A DNA stretch of 30,031 nt. Origin: Candidatus Zhuqueibacterota bacterium 4572_119 (GTDB lineage: Bacteria > Zhuqueibacterota > Zhuqueibacteria > Thermofontimicrobiales > Thermofontimicrobiaceae). Under the pieces are notes generated by a model. That model was not told the DNA's origin. It saw nothing but the letters and a program-made list of their open reading frames with translations, and searched no databases. Positions 17,968 to 25,437 of the stretch are shown here, one piece after another. The position numbers and the translations under genes were made by a program. The stretch covers positions 1 to 30,031 of the forward strand of contig NBLI01000041.1 in NCBI GenBank assembly GCA_002084535.1, in the 5' to 3' direction. How positions within the stretch are numbered: position 1 is the first letter of the stretch; every line of letters starts with the position of its first letter.

Positions 17968-18801
17968 ATGAAAAAAATATTAATAACCATATCTTCCATT
18001 GCGATAGCACTGGTTTTAATCATCTCATGTGAAATCGATCATGGACTATATCCGGTCAGTTATAAAATTAAAGGGACGATAACCTTTTTTAAAGGGGAAG
18101 CCCCGGATAACACAGACCGGGTCGAGGTCTTTGCTTTGAAGGAATTTCCGCCCAAAGACCCGCAAAATTTTTTGTATGTTGGCAGGTCAGGTCCCCTTAA
18201 TTATGAAAGCGGGGTTTTCGTAGAGTTTGAAGTTCCTGTATCGCGAACCAGCTACGAGTTGATTGGAGTATTGTGGAAAGAAAAAGGGCAGGACTGGAAC
18301 TTAACCGGGTTGATGGGTTTTTATACAGGAGAAAGCGGGTTGTTTTTTCCTGATACTGTGTTTGTGACAAAAGAAAATCCTGTTGTTGACAGCGTTGATT
18401 TTACAGCGAATTGGGAACTGGTTAATAAAGATGCTTATATATCTGGCGACATTACTTACGAAGGGGAGTGGCACGAGGATACTTCCATGCTTTTACTGGC
18501 AATTTTTCCCACAAAGCCAACTAATGATTTTGAATTTTTTACGTTTTCAAATTTTGATTATGCCCAGCCAATTTTTGTAAATTCTTCATCCTATCGGCTG
18601 GCGGTAAATTCGGGAGTGTATCGCTATATTGTTTTGTATTGGATTGGGAAAAATATAAAAAATTTAAGCGACCTGATAGAAATTGGTGTCTATGAAAACC
18701 CGGCTAATCCCGGTGAACCGGGCACAGTACAAGTAAATCCTAATGATGATTTGACAAATATAAATATCAATGTGAATTTTGATAATTTAAATCTGCCTTA
18801 G
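17968..18801 (+). CDS. Lipoprotein of unknown function with two internally similar domains
   Basis: Signal peptide with lipobox IISC; repeated units starting IKGTITF and ISGDITY. Confidence 0.8.
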   Translation: MKKILITISSIAIALVLIISCEIDHGLYPVSYKIKGTITFFKGEAPDNTDRVEVFALKEFPPKDPQNFLYVGRSGPLNYESGVFVEFEVPVSRTSYELIGVLWKEKGQDWNLTGLMGFYTGESGLFFPDTVFVTKENPVVDSVDFTANWELVNKDAYISGDITYEGEWHEDTSMLLLAIFPTKPTNDFEFFTFSNFDYAQPIFVNSSSYRLAVNSGVYRYIVLYWIGKNIKNLSDLIEIGVYENPANPGEPGTVQVNPNDDLTNININVNFDNLNLP

Positions 18802-18928
18802 CTAATGCTTGCAATAAAGTTGAAATAGCTTTTAGCGTTTGGCTGTTGGTTTTTAACAAAATACAACGCGTTAAGAGCTGCCAATTCTTGTCAAGCCTTA
18901 TCTAAATTAGCGAAATAGCATTGTCAAT

Positions 18929-18945
18929 TTTAGATTTAATCTAAA
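18929..18945. promoter_or_regulatory. Perfect 8-1-8 palindrome, candidate repressor operator
   Basis: TTTAGATT-T-AATCTAAA ends 5 nt before the TonB receptor ATG. Confidence 0.45.
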
Positions 18946-18950
18946 CTCTT

Positions 18951-19961
18951 ATGCGCAAACAAACATTAAATCTTTTTTTACTGCTGACTGCTTGCTCTCT
19001 GTTTTGTTTCAATAATTTACAAGCAAGGCATAACAGCATCGTCAAAGGAAGCGTTCTCGAGACTGGAACAAAGATTAAATTAATTGGCGCCAATGTGCAG
19101 CTTGTGGGTACTTTCCTGGGAGCAAGCACAGACAGGAACGGGCAATTTATAATTTATAATGTTCCGCCAGGTAAGTATTCCATACGCGCGACAATGATTG
19201 GGCATGAATCAGGTCAAAAAGCAGATATTACAATTTTTCAAAATGATACGGTTGAAGTTTTTTTTCAGTTAAAAGAATCTGTCATCGACTTTGATCCTTT
19301 GATTGTTTCCGCCAGCAAAATGGAAAAACAATTGGACTTTACACCCAATAGTGTCTCCGTAGTTTCAGAGTCAGAAATACGAAACCGCGCATCGCTCAGA
19401 GTTGATCAGGTTTTGGAAACAGTACCCGGAGTAAATTTTATTCGCGACCAGGTTAACATTCGTGGTTCAACCGGTTTTACAATTGGCGCTGCCAATCGCA
19501 CCCTGTTGCTGGTTGATGGTGTCCCGGTGATGGCAAGTGATACAGGTGAATTCAACTGGGATTTGATGCCGGTGCTCGATATTGAAAGAATCGAAGTTGT
19601 CAAGGGAGCGGGATCAGCTCTCTGGGGCACGGCTGCTCTTGGTGGTTTGATTAATATTATTACAAAATCACCAACAGAACAGGGCAAGACGATTGTACGT
19701 GTTACAGCGGGTGAATATGATGAACCTCGGTACGAGGAATGGAAATGGACTGATTTGCCATTGCAGTTTGGGCGGGTGGATATCAGCCACAGTCGGAAAA
19801 TAGGACCCCTCGGATTTCGATTTTCCGCCGGGCGACATGTTTCGACCGGCTACACTGAAGTGGGTGATTTTAAACGCTGGAATCTGACCGGAAAGCTGGA
19901 ATATAATTTTCAAAACGGTTCTTCCTGGACATTTTACAGTGGGCGCGGAAGTACAGGGTGA
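18951..19961 (+). CDS. TonB-dependent receptor, N-terminal fragment (carboxypeptidase-regulatory-like domain, plug, start of barrel)
   Basis: Signal peptide; GANV...GASTDRNGQFII.NVPPGKY; plug motifs NIRG, LLLVDGVP and IERIEVVKGAGSALWG..ALGGLINIITK. Confidence 0.9.
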   Translation: MRKQTLNLFLLLTACSLFCFNNLQARHNSIVKGSVLETGTKIKLIGANVQLVGTFLGASTDRNGQFIIYNVPPGKYSIRATMIGHESGQKADITIFQNDTVEVFFQLKESVIDFDPLIVSASKMEKQLDFTPNSVSVVSESEIRNRASLRVDQVLETVPGVNFIRDQVNIRGSTGFTIGAANRTLLLVDGVPVMASDTGEFNWDLMPVLDIERIEVVKGAGSALWGTAALGGLINIITKSPTEQGKTIVRVTAGEYDEPRYEEWKWTDLPLQFGRVDISHSRKIGPLGFRFSAGRHVSTGYTEVGDFKRWNLTGKLEYNFQNGSSWTFYSGRGSTG

Positions 19962-20901
19962 TTTGCTAATGAATTCAAATTTTGATGTTACCTATGGTTG
20001 TGAATTAAAGTGGGATACCGGCAGCACAAAATATTTTGGCGATCATAAAGGATACACAATTGGATTGTACGCCCAGGCAGAATACAGGATAAATGATAAA
20101 ATCAGGATTAGCCCGGGTGGCAGGTATGATAAATATCAGCTTGTCGGCGGGATTTCGCAGAGCCTTTTCAGCCCCAGAATGGGAGTAAATTACAACCCAT
20201 TTGAAAACACGGTTATTCGCTCTTCTGCCGGAAGCGGCTTCAGGGCTGCTACAATTGCCGAGCGATACCTTGACTTTGAAAATAACAGCGTCATCGTAGA
20301 AGCGAATCCTGAATTAAAAGCGGAAACTTCGTGGTCTTATGATATTGGTGTGAGGCAGTATTTCACAAAAAAATGGTATGTGGAATTTGGCGCTTTTAGA
20401 AATGATTTTGATAATCTTATCGAGGTTGATCTCAGGCAAAGTCAAATCGAATTTGCCAAAGATGTGAGAGTTTCTGTTCGTTTTCAAAATCTGCTAAGAG
20501 CAAAAATTGAAGGACTCGAATTTACGACCTCGGGTGTCTGGTGGAAAGATAGAATCAGGCTGCAGGCGACAGCAACCCTTTTAAATCACCAAGACGTCTC
20601 AACAGGAGAGCCGCTGACCTATCGACCCAAAACCATCGCCTTTATTAACCCATCGATAAGATTGGGCGACTGGGAGCTGCACGCTGATTACCGATACGCC
20701 AGCCGCATCGAGGCGGTTAAATTATTTTATTATGATGACAGGGTACCGCAAAAAGTCTGGAGCTTCAGGCTGCTTTATCATTTTTTAAATTATGATTTTC
20801 AACTGGCTGTTAACAATGCTTTTGATTATTATTACACGCAAATAGAAAGAAATATGGCGGAGATTAGAAATTTTACTGTCGGTGTTACGGCAGAGTTTTA
20901 G
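19939..20901 (+). CDS. TonB-dependent receptor, C-terminal beta-barrel fragment (different frame)
   Basis: RYD, SPRMGVNY, GSGFRAA, NPELKAETSWSYDIG and VNNAFD motifs; terminal ...VGVTAEF outer-membrane Phe signature. Confidence 0.88.
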   Translation: MGAEVQGDLLMNSNFDVTYGCELKWDTGSTKYFGDHKGYTIGLYAQAEYRINDKIRISPGGRYDKYQLVGGISQSLFSPRMGVNYNPFENTVIRSSAGSGFRAATIAERYLDFENNSVIVEANPELKAETSWSYDIGVRQYFTKKWYVEFGAFRNDFDNLIEVDLRQSQIEFAKDVRVSVRFQNLLRAKIEGLEFTTSGVWWKDRIRLQATATLLNHQDVSTGEPLTYRPKTIAFINPSIRLGDWELHADYRYASRIEAVKLFYYDDRVPQKVWSFRLLYHFLNYDFQLAVNNAFDYYYTQIERNMAEIRNFTVGVTAEF

Positions 20902-20958
20902 ACTCAAGACAAACGTTGTTTGAAAGATTTGACATGTTTAAAATTCAAGGTGGTATGA

Positions 20959-21348
20959 ATGGAGCAGGATTTTCGATTTTCTACAGAGATGGAAGTTTCT
21001 ATTGGTGACATTAATTATGGCGGACATTTGGGAAATGACAAATTTTTGGTCTTATTCCAGGAAGCCAGGTTACGCTACCTGGATCAATTCGGCTTTTCTG
21101 AAATGTCCATCGGAGAAGATGTCAGTCTGATCATGAGCCAGGCTCAGGTGAATTTTAAAGCTGAGGCTTTTTGGGGCGACCGGTTGAAAATTCTCGTTCG
21201 TATTTCACATTTAGAAAAAATACGATTCACGTTTGATTATTTGATAATCAAGGACGAAGGGGCAGAGGTCATTGTGGCGACCGGTTTTACAAAAATGGTG
21301 GGCTTCAATTATAAAGAACGCAAAGTTAAAAATGTGGATAGACGATGA
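20959..21348 (+). CDS. Acyl-CoA thioesterase (4HBT/YbgC/FadM hotdog family); C-terminus apparently lost
   Basis: DINYGGHLGN..LFQEAR and VNFKAEAFWGD.L motifs. Confidence 0.85.
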   Translation: MEQDFRFSTEMEVSIGDINYGGHLGNDKFLVLFQEARLRYLDQFGFSEMSIGEDVSLIMSQAQVNFKAEAFWGDRLKILVRISHLEKIRFTFDYLIIKDEGAEVIVATGFTKMVGFNYKERKVKNVDRR

Positions 21349-22864
21349 AATTGAGCTGCTAAGACCTCATATCATGTTTCTGGAGGAACGCGGGTATAAG
21401 ATTACTCCCGTCCCCAATGCTGAGGATGGATTGACGCTCATAAAAAAAAATAATTTTGACCTGATTCTTTTAGATGAAATGCTGCATGGGATGGACGGCT
21501 TAACCGCCCTGGGGGAAATTAAAGAGTTCAACTCCTCGTTGCCGGTTATTATGATTACCAAAAGCGAGGGTGAATTGTTGATGGATGAAGCCATCGGCAG
21601 TCGTATCGATGATTATTTAACCAAGCCTGTCAATCCTTCCCAGATTTTGTTAGCCTGTAAAAAAATATTGGACGGGCGAAAAATTGAGAGGGAAAAATTA
21701 TCCAGGGATTACGCGCAGGATTTCCAGAAAATTGTCAGCCGGCTAATGACACCGCTCGATGTTGAAGATTGGATTAATGTGTATTTGCGAATCACCGACT
21801 GGGAATTGGAGCTTGATACGCATCATGGGTTGGGATTACGTCAAACATTATTTTCACAAAAGCGTGAATGCAATTTGGCGTTTGCCAGGTTTGTCGAGGA
21901 TAATTACGTTAACTGGGTAAATAGTTCTGAACGGCCCACTTTATCGATGGATGTGGTAAAAAAGCATGTCCTGCCAGAGATTGCCAAAGGGAAAAAAGTA
22001 GTTTTTGTAATTGTCGATAATTTGCGGGTAGATCAGTGGCTTGCAATGGAGCCATTATTATATCAAAACTACCAAATATTTAAAGATTATTATTTCTCAA
22101 TTTTGCCAACGGCGACTCCTTATTCAAGGAACGCGATATTTTCCGGGTTAAGCCCATTTCAAATGAGTGAAGAATTTCCAAAATTATGGGGTGTAGATGA
22201 TAAAAATGAATCCAGTTTCAATCGGTTTGAACACCGGTTTTTAGAAAGCCAGCTTAACCGTTTCGGAATGAAAGATATTTCAATGAAATATGTCAAAATA
22301 ATTGAATCGAACGAAGCAAAAAATTTGTATAAAAACATCAACTCATACTCAAAGGCTCCGCTTTTGGCGGTTGTATTTAATTTTATTGACTTTTTAGCAC
22401 ATAGCCGCAGCGATTCCGAAGTGTTGAAAGAAATCGCGCCGGACGAATCTGCATTCCGGTCGCTCACCAAATCCTGGTTTGAACATTCCATATTTCTGAA
22501 AATTTTATCAAAGCTGGCAAAATTGGGGAACACGATTATCATTACATCTGATCACGGAAGCATACGCAGTTTAAGAGGCGCAAAGGTCATCGGCGACCGC
22601 GAGACATCGACAAATTTGCGCTACAAATTTGGAAAGAGTTTAAAATGCGATCCAAAATACGCCATAAACATTAAGAAACCAGTTGATTATCAATTGCCCC
22701 AAAAGGGAATTAATACTAATTATTTAATTGCCAAAGAAGACTATTATTTTGTTTATCCAACAGATTACCATCATTATTTGAATTATTACAAAGATACGTT
22801 TCAACATGGTGGTGTTTCCATGGAAGAAGTGATTTTGCCCGTAATTAAGCTGGAGGCGAAATAG
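21332..22864 (+). CDS. porX: PorX-like response regulator (receiver plus PglZ/alkaline-phosphatase-like domain)
   Basis: WIDDEI, LILLDE and YLTKPVNP receiver motifs; IVDNLRVDQW, LPTATPYSRNAIFSG, ITSDHG and FQHGGVSMEE PglZ motifs; followed by tsaE. Confidence 0.9.
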   Translation: MWIDDEIELLRPHIMFLEERGYKITPVPNAEDGLTLIKKNNFDLILLDEMLHGMDGLTALGEIKEFNSSLPVIMITKSEGELLMDEAIGSRIDDYLTKPVNPSQILLACKKILDGRKIEREKLSRDYAQDFQKIVSRLMTPLDVEDWINVYLRITDWELELDTHHGLGLRQTLFSQKRECNLAFARFVEDNYVNWVNSSERPTLSMDVVKKHVLPEIAKGKKVVFVIVDNLRVDQWLAMEPLLYQNYQIFKDYYFSILPTATPYSRNAIFSGLSPFQMSEEFPKLWGVDDKNESSFNRFEHRFLESQLNRFGMKDISMKYVKIIESNEAKNLYKNINSYSKAPLLAVVFNFIDFLAHSRSDSEVLKEIAPDESAFRSLTKSWFEHSIFLKILSKLAKLGNTIIITSDHGSIRSLRGAKVIGDRETSTNLRYKFGKSLKCDPKYAINIKKPVDYQLPQKGINTNYLIAKEDYYFVYPTDYHHYLNYYKDTFQHGGVSMEEVILPVIKLEAK

Positions 22865-22869
22865 CAGGG

Positions 22870-23352
22870 TTGAATACAAGATATCGAAAAATTTCTAAAA
22901 GTGAAGCAGAAACCAGAGCGCTGGGAGAAAAAATAAGCAGCTTGTTGAAACAGGGAGATGTGATTGCTTTTTTTGGTGAACTGGGAAGCGGTAAAACATG
23001 TTTTATAAAAGGCGTCTGTAAAGGGCTGGGCTGTGAAAATGAGGTGTCAAGCCCAACTTTCACCATCATAAATGAGTACGAAGGAAAATACCCGGTTTAT
23101 CATTTTGATTTTTACCGCATTGATTCGGAACAAGAAATTTTTGATCTGGGATATGAAGAGTATTTTTATGGTAACGGAATTTGCCTGGTTGAGTGGGCTG
23201 AACGATCAGCTTCTTTTTTCCCGGAAAATATTATTAAAATTCAGTTAAAAAGTCTGTTTGATTCTGGAAAGGAAAATTGCCGGGAAATCGTTTTAACGAA
23301 CCTGACAGGTCAAAACCTCGATGATAAATTGAAAGTCATTTTCTCTGACTGA
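22870..23352 (+). CDS. tsaE: t6A biosynthesis ATPase
   Basis: GELGSGKT, VSSPTFTIINEY, YHFDFYR and LVEWAE motifs. Confidence 0.96.
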   Translation: MNTRYRKISKSEAETRALGEKISSLLKQGDVIAFFGELGSGKTCFIKGVCKGLGCENEVSSPTFTIINEYEGKYPVYHFDFYRIDSEQEIFDLGYEEYFYGNGICLVEWAERSASFFPENIIKIQLKSLFDSGKENCREIVLTNLTGQNLDDKLKVIFSD

Positions 23353-23390
23353 AAATGATCTCGTAGATATTTTTATTTCTTAACTTGGAT

Positions 23391-23512
23391 GAGTCCATTC
23401 TAAAAACCAGGTATTTTAAGATTTTTCATAAATTATAGTGCTATAACTTCAATATAAACAGTATTTGTTTTGATTGGGAAATACCTGGTTTTTACCTTTT
23501 TAGAGTTGACTC
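23391..23512. mobile_element. MITE-like element (122 bp) with terminal inverted repeats and 6-bp flanking direct repeat
   Basis: GAGTC...GACTC ends; perfect 16-bp IR TAAAAACCAGGTATTT (23401-23416) / AAATACCTGGTTTTTA (23479-23494); TTGGAT on both sides (23385-23390, 23513-23518). Confidence 0.55.
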
Positions 23513-23584
23513 TTGGATTATTCACAGACATTTATTAAAAGCGGTATAATTTAATTAATATCAATTTGTTAAATCTGATTGAGG

Positions 23585-23816
23585 GTAACCGATCACAGGG
23601 TATTAACAAATATTTTTTTTTGACAGGTCGTAGATCCCGATCCTTTTAATCGGGGATAACAGGATATTCTGGATTTACAGGATTAAATTGAGTAACATAA
23701 TTACAAAATTTGAATAATTTGCAAAATCAATCTACTTGAAATCCAGTTAATCTTGAGAATCCTGTGATCCTGTCCAATTTCATTTTCATTTAATGGTCTC
23801 CCCTGTGATCGGATAC
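23585..23816. repeat. Nested inverted-repeat element
   Basis: Outer 16-bp IR with 1 mismatch (23585-23600 / 23801-23816), inner inverted 9-nt tandem arrays (23659-23685 / 23740-23775), and a small ATCCCGAT...ATCGGGGA hairpin. Confidence 0.7.
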
Positions 23817-24170
23817 GATTGATGTTTGAAACTCAGTTTTTGCGATTTATTCCTTAATGTGTGAATAATTCATGTTATCCCGCTGCCTTTAAAAATATGA
23901 TGAACAATGCGGGTCAAGTTTTTAAAACGAATTATAAATGGAAACTGCTAAAGCGGTTAATTTTATTTACCGCACTGAATCAGTACCGAATTAATTCGGT
24001 TGTTCGCTCAAAACGCCAACAATAAAGTGAAAGTTTCAACAGTTTACAAAATAAACATGAGTTTTAAAAACCTAAACAACGCAAGATGACCAGCATGCAA
24101 TTTGTGTTACTCAATCCCTGAAATCAAGAGTAACCCAGGCTATGGAATTGTCTAAAAATAAAAAGAGCAG

Positions 24171-24860
24171 ATGTTGAAAATATTGGGAATTGATACAGCG
24201 ACAGATATTTTGGGAATCGCGGTTACAGAGGACAAAACCCTGATTGCTGAATACCGTTCAAATATCAGAAGGGCACACGCGGAAAGGTTGATACCCTCTA
24301 TTGAAAGGTTGTTGTCCGATCTGAAAATTGAACCGACTGATTTGGATGGAATCTCTATATCCATTGGTCCGGGATCATTTACCGGCTTGCGTATTGGTCT
24401 GGCTGCTGTGAAGGGGTTGGCTTTGGCGGCGGACCTACCCGTGGTTTCGGTTTCAACGCTGGATGTTTTGGCGTCGCAAGCAGCATTTTGGAACGAACAA
24501 ATTTGCCCAATAATTAAAGCACAGGGTGAAGAATCCTATACCGCGCTTTACAAGTATAAAGGTGAAGAGCTGACCCGACTGACAGAATACCGGCTGATAC
24601 AAATGAGTCAACTAGAAATATTGATTAAAGAAAAAACATTAATTTTAAGTGTTGGAATAAACGAAATTGAGTCTTATATTACCAGGGGACTTGAAAAGAA
24701 AATAAAGATTGCGCCCAGGGAAATAAGCCATACCAGCGGATTTTCTGTTGCACTGTTAGGCTATGAAAAAATATTAAAAAATGAATTTGAAAATATCGAT
24801 CAGTTGGTACCTTTTTATTTGAAAGATTTTAAAGCGAAGAAAAAGATTGGAATCATATAA
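24171..24860 (+). CDS. tsaB: t6A biosynthesis protein TsaB (YeaZ)
   Basis: LGIDTAT, HAERLIP and GPGSFTGLRIG..AVKGLA motifs; P.YL near the C-terminus. Confidence 0.95.
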   Translation: MLKILGIDTATDILGIAVTEDKTLIAEYRSNIRRAHAERLIPSIERLLSDLKIEPTDLDGISISIGPGSFTGLRIGLAAVKGLALAADLPVVSVSTLDVLASQAAFWNEQICPIIKAQGEESYTALYKYKGEELTRLTEYRLIQMSQLEILIKEKTLILSVGINEIESYITRGLEKKIKIAPREISHTSGFSVALLGYEKILKNEFENIDQLVPFYLKDFKAKKKIGII

Positions 24861-25437
24861 ATTCAATTTCACTGATATACAACGAAATAAATTGCCAAAA
24901 ATCCTGGTGCCAACGCGGTGGGTTGAAAACCTGCGCAACCAGGTTGTATTCAATTTAGAAAACGATTTTCAGCTGCAGATTCGAAGAATGGAAAGTGATG
25001 ATATTGACCAGGTGATGAAGCTGGAGGAGCAAATTTTCCCTTCGCCCTGGTCAGCGGAAAGTTTTTCTTATCGGCTGGAAGAAAAAAACTTTAATATGTC
25101 AATAGTTGGTTTAAGCGACAATAGGATTATTGCTTATGCTGTTTCCTATGTTGTTTTTGATGAATTTCATTTTAGCAATATCGCGGTTGAAAAAAGGTTT
25201 CGTGGAAAAAAAATCGGTGAAACTCTCCTGTGGTTGAGTTTGCAAATTGGCGTTGAGTATAATTGCTCGTTTGTTCAATTGGAGGTAAGAGAGAGCAACC
25301 GTCAGGCGATTCGCTTGTATGAAAAATATGGGTTTAAAAAAACAGGCTTGAGAAAAAATTATTACGCGCGAGAAAATGAGGACGCTCTTTTAATGAGTAA
25401 AGAAATAAATTGGGAGATTCCCTATGGCATGGTTTAG
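24847..25437 (+). CDS. rimI: Ribosomal-protein-alanine N-acetyltransferase (RimI); start uncertain
   Basis: IRRM..DID.V..LE..IFPSPWS, NIAV..FRGKKIG, LEVRESN..AIRLYEKYGF..G.RKNYY....EDA motifs; tsaB-rimI adjacency. Confidence 0.9.
   Translation: MESYKFNFTDIQRNKLPKILVPTRWVENLRNQVVFNLENDFQLQIRRMESDDIDQVMKLEEQIFPSPWSAESFSYRLEEKNFNMSIVGLSDNRIIAYAVSYVVFDEFHFSNIAVEKRFRGKKIGETLLWLSLQIGVEYNCSFVQLEVRESNRQAIRLYEKYGFKKTGLRKNYYARENEDALLMSKEINWEIPYGMV

Noticed and set aside
10262-19965. Programmed frameshifting or stop-codon recoding (Sec/Pyl, alternative code) to explain the split ssb and TonB receptor genes
   Set aside because: The halves are in different frames with conserved sequence missing and no slippery site or in-frame TGA/TAG to read through. 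All intact genes fit code 11.
23353-24170. CRISPR array in the repeat-rich intergenic region
   Set aside because: The repeats are inverted or 9-nt tandem units without unique spacers of regular length, and there are no cas genes.
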